64,000 nt of DNA from NCBI GenBank assembly GCA_964019335.1, contig OZ025656.1, positions 620,001 through 684,000 on the forward strand, in the 5' to 3' direction. Shown in pieces: positions 45,001-54,745 of this stretch. Both the position numbers and the translations under genes were made by a program. The notes under the pieces were generated by a model that saw nothing but the letters and a program-made list of their open reading frames with translations, was not told where the DNA came from and did not search any database. The DNA is from Diplonema japonicum. Its lineage: Eukaryota; Protista; Euglenozoa: Diplonemea. Position 1 is the stretch's first letter. Every line of letters begins with the position of its first letter.

Positions 45001-46063
45001 ACAGGCGCAGCCCCTTTTCCACGTCCTTCCACCAAGACCTCTCTGCCATTTGCTTCACGAGGATGTCAAGGAGCACATGGGTTTTAACACGAAGCGTCCA
45101 AACACCGTCCGCAGTCGTGACGGTCTCGTCAAGCAGGACATCACACCGAAGGTTCCCGCAAGGCATTCCCCCTTCTCTCGGCCTTTCTGTGCAACTACTC
45201 CCCCTGATGCTGTTCTTAACGCCCAGCGAGCAATGCATTCGCTCACTCCCAAGCCCCCCACGGAAGTAGATGATCAACCAACTGAACCCACGACACTCAA
45301 CAAGAAGGCAGGTAAGGTGTTGAAGTACGCCTATCCGATATCGCTTGAGACAAAGAAGAGGCTGAAGAAAACGCAAATGTACAAAGCACGGAGTGTGAGG
45401 AGGTCTTTGGTCACATCACAGACTCCAGAGGGGTTTGACCTAACGCTGCACAGCGGGGAGTACTGGAGGTACGGAACGCCCACCGTTGACGAGATGTACC
45501 AGCCAGAAAAAGAAGAGGCGGTGGGGAACGGGGGAACGTACTGGAAGAGCGATACTGAGGTGGCAAGAAGAAGGGTACAGATAGTGCTGAGCGATAGGTG
45601 TGAGAACGACAAGTACATGAAGTATGGTGTGGTGGATAATTGTAGTATGGAAAGTACCATAGAGGTTGATGATGAGGAAGAGCCGTGTTCTGTGGTGGAA
45701 GACGAGGTTACAGATTCTGCTTTCAATAATTTCACAGAATCCGAGCAGTCAACAGACAGCGAGGCACCTGAACGAATGGCCCTCCCCAGCTGTGAGGCAA
45801 CTGAAACAGACATCGCGGAAACCGAGAAAAGATGGTTCGAAGAAGCACAACGCAAGTACCCACCTACTAAGCGGCGTAACAGACGCTTCAATGTGAGCAC
45901 CACTCCAATGCGAGCCCTAGTCAACTTGCAGATCTCCAAGCCCGTCCATGTGATAGACCCCAGGAAGCACATCAAGAAGCAACGCATTTTTCCTAATAAC
46001 GATTTCCCGATGAACTCCAAATTGATTGCCGTTCAAGCATTTACACAGAATGTAACCAGATAA
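42092..46063 (+). CDS. WD40-repeat protein with N-terminal EF-hand-like region (WDR49/WDR64-like)
   Basis: 1323-aa ORF. LFMRTDARSVGRIEW (EF-like). Many WD repeats: TCAEDGMVKMWN, GH...ASCGAERNILLWNPF, SLSCDNTVRVWDIR, LLTGTSHGEVLVWNY. Confidence 0.92.
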   Translation: MDRNDDLECVLGMDEMKALQSAFSGKSDGMDVVEFTQVMVSLMKDKMKKEDAKLLFMRTDARSVGRIEWVDVATYLLMNRTRTVTRAEQQQEYTTECMEFKSKGQKSDMHQQAIKQILVHPRLPRYFTCAEDGMVKMWNSTNLSYENTVHHSNAWVSSMLYVPTTPEVVVVASVDRVLSMYDATTGETLRVFRGKRTKKITREIIYRKYLKTPVAKNPTEDQYDTSLLRHLRKPDTVEVTHLESLHQIPTSLGHYVCSGKEGLLVGTDDGSILLYDAFKDITKDTREALPCLSCTDVDGEKAPGWDTGHSGGITSLKIAPSIESIITSGADATIRLMSLERGCLLRVLGEKQAGYEVGHSKIIYNVAWGNETRLIASCGAERNILLWNPFITKPLTRLTGSRSPLVDVAFNEADSQMFSLSCDNTVRVWDIRMWQCVQVLKNKDEEVVSALAFDERRSRLLTGSTRIRARPMVKTSEFVPGYNGHRKAVMACIVNTRSTQLVSADENNIMVWDIVSRALLTTWVIPSGVTSLEFDSSESRLLTGTSHGEVLVWNYSNAQLLKTFSADALAARARTRTNEVSPLLYATMEKPVRMQLIVSIQGNKRALFYDDASATSQYFRELDMRSLNGVYTLCAIPPSTLLLGTGQGLAVLFTDQITRPVILPSLTAPCMWYSLMNGPLHDGISEILSKNKNSHPEEWVSVDRYIEGIVLMQRLHNIVVVCKGEGTIGFWSCPLEQVEGRGELFRFYATHKKGNAVNVIRMDSEQAMLYSGDVSGYVCTFDVTNIGSQWDGHELVINETHIHKVHGFRAFETGITCLECLELQETALVCGSNQYSLAIFTPTGEMLHQFGLSSCVSRSLPDSLTCQRFNELYMQTVILNEFDNNHECRMFDLIETISSHPLFCDKHREEIASILFSMSMNDPPLITLQNFKDGRIVKLCCVEETGSQVSRDSQVSTQVQSQVRRESTFRQAQPLFHVLPPRPLCHLLHEDVKEHMGFNTKRPNTVRSRDGLVKQDITPKVPARHSPFSRPFCATTPPDAVLNAQRAMHSLTPKPPTEVDDQPTEPTTLNKKAGKVLKYAYPISLETKKRLKKTQMYKARSVRRSLVTSQTPEGFDLTLHSGEYWRYGTPTVDEMYQPEKEEAVGNGGTYWKSDTEVARRRVQIVLSDRCENDKYMKYGVVDNCSMESTIEVDDEEEPCSVVEDEVTDSAFNNFTESEQSTDSEAPERMALPSCEATETDIAETEKRWFEEAQRKYPPTKRRNRRFNVSTTPMRALVNLQISKPVHVIDPRKHIKKQRIFPNNDFPMNSKLIAVQAFTQNVTR

Positions 46064-46125
46064 TAGTTTTTTATTTTGTTCACAATGCAACCTCTCGGCT
46101 ATGCCAAGGCAATGTTTACAGTATA

Positions 46126-47349
46126 ATGACACGAGTATGGGGAGGGAAATGGACACCCCTGAGGCTGGACACGGTCTCTGCAGTGGTGGCAGAGGTCAAC
46201 GACTTCGTGCACATATTCACTGAGTTGAAGAAGGCAATTGATGACGGGGTGGTGCCAACGGACGGATTGGGACCAACCGAGCGGCGTATGACGATGATGC
46301 TTCGCAGCGCTCAGCTGCGTTTGGACATCATGACACACTTCTACGATGCACACAAACGAGACAAGCGGAGCGAGAGAATAAAGATTGGTGTGCGCAACTT
46401 ACGCAATCTACTGCAACAGCAGGGTGTCGAGGAAGACCAGTTCTCGCCTGAAGTAGCCTTCGGGCCCAATAGCATGTCGATCAGAGACGAGAGCCCATCG
46501 GTGACGACACCCCGGAGGAGCCCAAAGAGGTCACGAAGTATCGACCACACGAAGGATCTTGACAGTAGCAAAGCCGATGATTCATTTTCGCCTTTGAAAT
46601 TGAAACAGGAGGAGCTTCTGAGGGCTAGAACGCTGGCGAAGGACGGTGAGATCAGCAACCTGAACAACTTGGCGTCAGAGCTGTCTTCTAAGATAAGTGG
46701 GTTGGAGCAAGAAAATCTGAAGCTAGAGCGGTCGATGCTAGAGATGGTGGAGGGGAGAGAAAGAATGAAGTACATAGTGGAAGAGCAAGTGTATACAGTC
46801 TCACTTATGACAAAGGTGAGCGGGCTACTTCATTTCGAGATGAGGAGGATCCTGTTCAAGACCGTAGCGAGGGGCATCTTGTTTTGGGGCCTAAGCGGTG
46901 TTGTTCTTTTGCACACCATAGTGACTGGCGGTGTGCATGCAATCTCTCTGTACATGCTTCTTCGTGGGCAGTTCGACGAGTCGCTAGGCATATGGAGCAT
47001 GCTGGTCGTTGACGTGATAGCCGTGTCAGTCATTCTGGGTCTCTTGCACGAATGGATCTTGTTCGCGGAGTACGATATCAACCACGGCAGCGTGCACTGG
47101 TTGGTGGAGAGCGTCCTCATGCGAAGGGACGACTCTACAGAAGCAGCCCGCACTGCTGCGCGCCGTTACACAGAGCACACCATCAACGCCTCTCGCATCG
47201 ACCTGTCTACCTACCAGCGCACTTCTACCTTTCGAAAAGAAACCCTCCCCGTGCACAGAGGCGAACCAAGCTCTGTTGCGGGCTCCGTCCCCTCATCGCC
47301 CGCCACCCGGCCTAAGGTAAAAGAAGTCCGCCTTCCCCCACCACTTTAG
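46126..47349 (+). CDS. Hypothetical coiled-coil protein with 2-3 predicted TM segments
   Basis: 407-aa ATG-initiated ORF with coding-like composition, collinear with its neighbours. Hydrophobic stretches GILFWGLSGVVLL..., IWSMLVVDVIAVSVILGLL. Confidence 0.82.
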   Translation: MTRVWGGKWTPLRLDTVSAVVAEVNDFVHIFTELKKAIDDGVVPTDGLGPTERRMTMMLRSAQLRLDIMTHFYDAHKRDKRSERIKIGVRNLRNLLQQQGVEEDQFSPEVAFGPNSMSIRDESPSVTTPRRSPKRSRSIDHTKDLDSSKADDSFSPLKLKQEELLRARTLAKDGEISNLNNLASELSSKISGLEQENLKLERSMLEMVEGRERMKYIVEEQVYTVSLMTKVSGLLHFEMRRILFKTVARGILFWGLSGVVLLHTIVTGGVHAISLYMLLRGQFDESLGIWSMLVVDVIAVSVILGLLHEWILFAEYDINHGSVHWLVESVLMRRDDSTEAARTAARRYTEHTINASRIDLSTYQRTSTFRKETLPVHRGEPSSVAGSVPSSPATRPKVKEVRLPPPL

Positions 47350-47428
47350 ATCCGTATAGAGTTATTTTGTTGTTTTATTATTGCTAAGTCTGTGCCCATG
47401 TCTGAGCATTTCCAGTTAAATAATTGCA

Positions 47429-48925
47429 ATGTTCCATTTCAAGAGTTGCGTGCAGCTTGCGAAGGACATTAAGAGCGGCGTGATCACCAGTGCGGCGCTG
47501 CTCGAGCATTTCATTGAAAGAGTAGAGAAGTATGATGGGCCGATCAACTCCATTGTTTTAAAGAACTACGAGGTGGCAAGGGAGCGTGCAGCCGAGGCGG
47601 ACAAGGCGTTGGAGAGAGGTGAGGACTGGGGTGTGCTGCACGGCGTTCCGATCACAGTGAAGGAAAACAATGATGTGGAAGGGTTGCCGACTACTGTGGG
47701 CATCGAAGCACTGAAAGGGCACAAGGCTGCGCAGCACTCTTCTCCTGTGCAGAGATTGCATGATGCTGGCGCTGTGATCTTCGGGAAGACGAACCTTCCT
47801 GTGGGTGTCAACGACGTACAAACCTTTAACCCCATCTACGGCTGCACCGCGAACCCATACAACCTCGACTTGTCCCCTGGAGGATCCAGCGGGGGCAGCA
47901 CCGCTGCCCTGGCAGCTGGTCTCACAGCTGTAGAATTCGGGGGCGACATTGGGGGTTCGATCAGGTACCCAGCACACTGCTGCGGTTTGTGGGGCATCAA
48001 GCCCACCTTTGATGTCATCCCCAGAAGGGGGGGCGTTGCCAACACAAAGGTATCGTGCGGTGACCCGACAGGCTTCGTCCTCATAGATCTTGCCGTGAAG
48101 GGTCCTCTGGCTAGGTACCCTGAAGACTTGACTCTCATGCTTGATGTGCTGTGCGGGCCTGTTGCAGCTGAGAAGAGAGGGTGGAAGCTGTGCATGCCGA
48201 AGTCGCCGCCGCAACCCCTGAAGGAGTACAAGGTAGCCGTGTGGGGCACCGACAGCCTGTGTCCGGTGGACGACGATATCACTGCTGCAGTGAGGAGAAC
48301 TGTAGACATACTGCGCAAGAATGGCGCCACAGTTGATGAAGAAGCAAGGCCTAAGCTGGATGTGAAGAAGTCCTTCGATACGTACCTTCAGCTACTGGCT
48401 GCAGCAGACAATGTAGGCCTTTCTGTTGAAGCGGCAAAACAAGCGTGGAAGGAGGCCGATGAGGCAGTTGGGGACTCCGACGAGGCCAAGCAGGCGAGGT
48501 GGCTGGGCCAACGACACCACGAGTGGTGGGGAGCTCATGCACACAGACTCGAAATGTGTGAGAAATGGGAACAATTCTTCGAAGCCTACGACTTCATCAT
48601 CATGCCCATAGCCTGCACCACTGCCATCCCGCACGACCACAGCGGGCCTAACGACCAGGCTTTCTGGAAGGTCGGCGATCGTGTCATCAAGGGTGCCAAT
48701 GGTTTCACAATTCCGTACCACAAGCAGGTCTTCTGGGCAAGCTTTGCTGTGCACTGCTTCCTACCCTCAACATCATTCCCTGCCGGTTGTGGGCACAATG
48801 GCATGCCTGTCGGCCTGCAAGTGATGGGACCGAAGTACAGCGACTACGACACAATTACCTTTGCGAAGGTCCTGGCAGAGGCAGGTGGGGCGGACTATCA
48901 ATTCCAGCCTCCTAAAGGTTTCTAA
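47429..48925 (+). CDS. Amidase-signature family amidase
   Basis: 498 aa. LHGVPITVKE (catalytic Lys), GAVIFGKTNLP, PGGSSGGS (cis-Ser), GGDIGGSIRYPAHCCG (nucleophile Ser), GMPVGLQVMG. Confidence 0.96.
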   Translation: MFHFKSCVQLAKDIKSGVITSAALLEHFIERVEKYDGPINSIVLKNYEVARERAAEADKALERGEDWGVLHGVPITVKENNDVEGLPTTVGIEALKGHKAAQHSSPVQRLHDAGAVIFGKTNLPVGVNDVQTFNPIYGCTANPYNLDLSPGGSSGGSTAALAAGLTAVEFGGDIGGSIRYPAHCCGLWGIKPTFDVIPRRGGVANTKVSCGDPTGFVLIDLAVKGPLARYPEDLTLMLDVLCGPVAAEKRGWKLCMPKSPPQPLKEYKVAVWGTDSLCPVDDDITAAVRRTVDILRKNGATVDEEARPKLDVKKSFDTYLQLLAAADNVGLSVEAAKQAWKEADEAVGDSDEAKQARWLGQRHHEWWGAHAHRLEMCEKWEQFFEAYDFIIMPIACTTAIPHDHSGPNDQAFWKVGDRVIKGANGFTIPYHKQVFWASFAVHCFLPSTSFPAGCGHNGMPVGLQVMGPKYSDYDTITFAKVLAEAGGADYQFQPPKGF

Positions 48926-49002
48926 TAAAAAACATACGATGGAAGAAAAGGGGAAGAAATATTTGTTACTTTCGCGCTTTTAACCTACCCACAGGTTCTC
49001 AA

Positions 49003-52000
49003 ATGAGGTCTTTGCTAGCATGCTTAGGCATACTGCATACCGGGTTTGTCCGTGGGGCTTACGTCGAGACTTGTGTAGATAATGACGCTGCTCCGTTGGC
49101 AGCTGCTGGGATGGACTGCAAGACGCTGCTAGCAACGGTTACAGTCTGTTCTCTTGAAGCACCGCTTATTAAAACTTATATTGAAAGCGGACTGGCGACA
49201 GCTGCTGAGATACAATACCTATACTCAGCGTGCAAGAAAAGCTGTAAAATCTGCATGCCGAGAGGGAAGTGTGCTGACGACGATACTGCTGCTGTTTCTC
49301 ACGTGTCGCTGGTATCGGCGTGCAAGGATATTCCTCCCTTGAACGGGGGCAACTGCGACAAAACAGGACCCACATTGTCGATGGTATGTCTCTTCTGGAA
49401 GAATACTGAACATCACAGGCGGCAAGCTACGGTGTGAGCGCATACGACGTGGATGGCTACCTACAAGCATGTCCTCTTTCGTGCGGTAGGTGCACGCTCC
49501 CTCCGCCATGCCTCAACGATGTTGCAAGGGAAGCTGCAGTCATCAAACCCTTGAAGGATGGTTATTCATGCTCGGAAGCTGTCTTTGATAATGGTGGGTC
49601 GTGCTCCATCGACGGTAAGTTGTTCGTTGCTGGCGGGCTGCTAAACGGCGTCGTGAGCAACGCTGAATTTAAAGACATCTGCCCAAGGAGTTGCCGTTCA
49701 TGCGTCTCCACGAAGAGGTGCAGAAACTACGACGATATTGTATTGAAGATCACAGCCTCCGTCAATGGTGGACCGTACACTTGTGCTCAGGTGATCGAGT
49801 TTAATGGCGGGAACTGCTCCTGGGAGGGTGCGGTGCTGAAGAACTATGCAGCATTAGGTTTAACACTCGAACTGATCGATCAGGTTCTTTGGAATTGCCC
49901 TTTAGCATGCGACGTGTGTTACAGGGATGACGTAGCATGCCTCAATGATGACTTAGGACTGCGCTCTAATGTGCCCATCGTGACTGGGTGCGTCAGCGGA
50001 ATAGCATCGAATGGCAATACTTGCGAGTTCGGACTTATCTCAAAGGATGTGAGCTCCGTCGATGTGTCACCAAGCCAATTCGAGGACTTCTTGGAAAGGT
50101 TCTGCCCTCTGTCTTGTGAGTACTGCGTCCCAACAGTTGCAGTTGCTACGCCGGTCCCGACAATGGTATGCTCCTTTACGTTTTTCCTACACCCACACCC
50201 AACCAGTTGGTCGAGGAGACGATTTATTTGATTCAATCATCTATGAACCCTGGCACTGGCGGCATCTACTTGTTGCAGCCAAGCAATTTCACCTGCAACA
50301 ACGTCAGAGTGTGGAAGCGAAACAGCACCGAAGTGCCGGGGCACTACATCCTATCCGATCCGGAAGGGTACTGGGTGTTGTCAAATGACGCTGCCATCGA
50401 AACTGAGGTGGTGCAGGCAATGTCACATGGTATGATGAAACAGGGGAATCAAAATCATGGCAGAGAACAACACGTGCAACAACATCGACCCCATTGTAAG
50501 GTCCTTGGAGCCGCATGGTGTCCTAGCACCATTTGAGTTGAAATGGGGGCAGGTTAATGACAGTGGGATCTGGAACTGGGATGAGGAGATCAGGCTGCAG
50601 CTCATAGGGTGTCCAGATGACAGGCAGTGCTTGCAGCTTAATTGCCAAGAGCCGAGTGACGATGAGTTCTCGTGTGCAGACTGTGAAATAGATTCGGCTG
50701 ACGTATCATGCAGCAAAAGCGGCACACATCCACGTGTGTTCATGTTCATCATTGTTGTGGGTGTGTTGTGTCTCCTCACAGGGATAAACCTGTGGGCAGT
50801 CAAAACCATGGCATCACAGGCCCCAACACCCCGTCTCTCTCGCCGGTTCTCTATTCCCATAACCGCCGTGAACGATAAGACCAACCCCTGCCTCGTTATG
50901 CTCCAGAAGTACCGTCGTGCTTTCCTCCAGTATATGGGGCTCCTAGGCAACGTTGTCGCTCGCTACCGAGGGTGTTTCTTCTTTACCATCGTGACCGTGC
51001 TCGTCATATTCATCCCTACTGGCATATCACTCTTTGAGATTGACACAAACCGTGCAGCATGGGTCCCTGAAGGGGGCAGGCTAGAGAGGGAGATTAATTT
51101 CAACGAAGCTTGGACGCAAGACAGCAAACAGGCACAGGCAGTTTTCATCATGGTCGGTGCGGACAATGGCGAGAGCGCTTTGAAGCCGTACTACTTATCT
51201 ATGATGCTCAAAATACTTAACGAGGTCCGCAAGGTGAAGGTGGACTTGAAACATAGTAACGGAACCTTCGGGTTAAAGGTAGGGTGGGATGACTTCTGTG
51301 CATCGATCGACCACCCGTTGCTGGACCAGATCATGCCTGGCGGGAAGCCGTGCATCAACCCATCCATCCTGGACTGCTTCTACGAAGGTGGTTGGCAGGT
51401 TGACGATGTAAGTTTGGGAAAACCTCTACCTGCGGAGAACCAAAGTTTGGTGTACAAGAACCTTGTGCAGGCTGTGAAGATCGCAGAGACAGCTGCACCC
51501 GGCGCGCTAAAGGATTACGTGGACAGGCCGAGCTTCAGGAACCTCACTGACGACCAGATCCTTGACAGGTTCTCGCAAGTGGCCACGAAGTGCGACCACT
51601 GGGTTGTAGGTGCATCCTTCTCAAGGAGCGAGAGCTTCGGTGGCTTCAAGGCAGGGTCGGACAAAGTACCTGCATTGGGGAACGAGACACGGATCGAAAG
51701 TGCCGGGAGGATCAAGGCGCTGGCAGCGCAGTACTCAGCAAAGAGGTGCAAGGTGTGTATCGACAACACATTTTTTTACCCCCATTAGGAGTTCCGGGTG
51801 CATTTACAGCCATATGAGGAACGCGACATCGAGGCCGCGATGAATGACTGGTTCGACGCAGTCTCGGACAAGCTGGAGGAGATTGACGGTGACGAGGCGA
51901 ACTACAGGGGCGTCAGCGTCAGCGTGTTCATGTCTGTGTCCATCAAGAGGATGTTCAAAGAGATTGGCGAGGCAAAGATCCATAACTTCGTGATCGGATG

Positions 52001-53976
52001 GGTCATCATCGCTGTGTATGTCGTGCTCACGCAGTGGGACAGAAACGCTGCGGAGAGCCATGCCGTAGTGGGCCTTATTGGTATGGTGTTGGTGCTGATC
52101 GCCAATGTGTCGGGCTTTGCGTTCATCTCCCTTATTGGGATCAAGCATAACCACGTCACGATTCAAGCGCTGCCCTTCCTCGCTTTGGGTCTCGGGGTGG
52201 ACGATATGTTTCTTCTTCTACATTATTACAAGGGTGTTCCTGACAAGACGCGCCCCACGCCGCAGGTTATTGCTGACCTCTTCCGCCTTGCAGGTGTGTC
52301 CATCACACTGACGTCGTTCTGCAACACTTTCGCTTTTTTCTCCGGCATCGTAATCCCCATCCCCGCCCTGCGAAACCTCCTCGCCTCTGCCGGGCTTATC
52401 GTTATCTTCAACTACGTTACAATGTTGCTTGCTTTCCCTGCGGTTCTGGCGTGGGAGGTGGACCGTGATCGGAAGGTATTTGTGCACGTCTCTTTATTAT
52501 TATTTCTCTTCTTGCACAGGTCCTGCTGAGTAGGCCCGACGACTGGGAGGCGAAGCCTTGCCTAGCGTTCGGACCGCAGCAGATTATCGAGGAATACTAT
52601 TCCCCGTTCATGCAGAAGTTCCCCGTCCGCATTGCGATCACGAGCGTGAACGTCATCTTTTTCATTATCACGATCATCACGCTTAGCACATCGCACCCGC
52701 TGACCTTTGGGTTCGACCTAGCGGACCTGACCCCTTCTGGAAGCTTTTTGGCGAAGGGCTTCTCGGTGTGTTTTCCCTTGGAAGAAGAAGAATATAAAAA
52801 CAGGAGTTTGATGACTACTACTTATCGCAGAGGACGAACCATCCTCTTGTGACGAAGTCGATAGACTTGCCCAATCAGCAGAAGGAGTTGGTCAGTCTTA
52901 TTGCTGAGCTGAAGGTGTCGAAGTGGCATTCGCTAGATGTGGATAAGTCGACGACGTGGATAGACTGGTTGTACGACTTCGCGAACAAGCTGGAGAAGCT
53001 GAACTACGACAACCCGAACATCACCTTCCCAGACATTACCTCTGCGTACATCAACAGCTCGGACTACTACAACACCTTTCACTCTTGGAGAAACCCCGTC
53101 ACGGGAGGCCTCTCGGCCATCGCAGCTCAAACGACAGACGGGTTCGGCTTCAAGTGGGGCATCGACAGCTACCTCTCAGGAAACACTTTAATGATGACAA
53201 AAACCACGTATTCACTCAATATGGCCTTGCTGAATGAACCAGAAGACTGGTTGGACCACACGGAGGAGTTCCACGACATAATGGAAAAATGGTTGGGGAA
53301 GGAAAATGCATTCCCGGAACCTTCCGGAATGTACCTACAGATAGAAGAGTTCGCGTCTTTGAAGGAATTCTTCTGGATTGCATTCTTCCTGGCAGCGTTC
53401 GTCATCTTCATATGCGCCCTTCTGATCCCGGTGTCTATTAAAGGCGCTGCGATTATATCCTTAACAGCTATCATCGCAACTATTGAGGTAGCTGCAATAC
53501 TGATGATGCTGGATTTGAGTTTCAGCAGTTTGGTTGCGGTTGTCCTGCTAATGAGCATGGGTATCAGTGTTGAGTTCTCCGCGCACGTGATTGCTGGGTT
53601 TGAAACGACACCGGGCGATCGACGTGATAGGCTTCATCATGCTATTTCGCACACGTTTATCCCAGTTTGTGAAGGTGGGGTGTCTAGCTTCCTGTCGTTT
53701 ATGTTAATGGGGCTGTCGGTCTACCCTTACATCGTTAAATACTTCTTCTTGGTCTTTTTGATTGTTATTATTATCGGGCTGCTCCACGGGCTGGTATTCC
53801 TCCCTGCTCTTGTAGGGCTTATCGGTTCTAATGACGCAACTGACGATACCGCTCACAATGCAAGGGGCTCGATGTTCGGGAAAAAGATTGCAATTCAACC
53901 TATGAAGGAAGAACCCATACCTATAGCCGTAGGAAATCCTCTCAGTGGAAAACCGAAAGAATCGGCGGAAAATTGA
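49003..53976 (+). CDS. Patched-like SSD protein, seven exons, with signal peptide and N-terminal ShKT-like Cys repeats
   Basis: In-frame GT-AG introns 49384-49418, 50166-50206, 50430-50463, 51753-51788, 52476-52519 and 52766-52803. Patched motifs WVPEGGRLEREINF, LDCFYEG, QALPFLALGLGVDDMFLL, IPIPALR, MGISVEFSAHV, LHGLVFLPAL. About five C.D..C...C...CP.SC..C repeats at the N-terminus. Confidence 0.92.
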
Positions 53977-54745
53977 AGTTCCCCCCCCCCCCCCCCCCCA
54001 CTCCCCTGCGCCCCCCCCCCCCTTTTTTTTCAGTGACAGTTTCTACTGTCAAAGTTTTTTTTTTTTGTATTTTTTTTTGACGGAAGAATGACGCGATCTA
54101 GGCCCAAGGAAAGCCGAGGAAACTGAAGCAAAGAGAAGGAATTTTTTTTTATGCCGAATTTTTTGTGCCTGTGGGCTTTTACAAGCTTTCCTCTTAAATA
54201 CCCCTTTTTTATTAATTGCTTTTTTTTTTCTTCCAAGTGGCTTGCTTCCCCCCCCCCCTTTTTTTCTGGACCTGAATTTGCGTTATCACGGCCACAAGAA
54301 ACTCTTTGGAAGCTGTAAGGAATTGAAAAAATGAGGGAAAGGAAAGAAGGCAAGAAAAAGGATGATCCCCCCCCCTCTGCCCTTTTATTTACACAATCAG
54401 CATGCGGCTTTTCCTTTCATATGTAAGCTTTATCTTTTTGTTCTCCCGCTCTCTTTTTTTCTTTCCTTACCTCCCTCTTATCCCTTTTACTACTTTTTGT
54501 TTACTTCTTCTTTCTTTTTTCTTTTTTTTTTTCCTTCGCTTTTCTTTTTTTTTTCCATGCTGCAGGGCTAGCCGAAGCCTCAAAAAGAGGAGAAAAAGAA
54601 AGAGAAAACAAAACAAAAAAAAAAAAGAGCACAAGAAGAAGCCAATGCCGTCTCAGTAGCTCCCTTTTTATTTATTTTATTTTTTAAAGTCAAACTGCAA
54701 TATAATCAAAAAAAAAGGGGGAAAAAAAAAACAAGACAAAAACAA

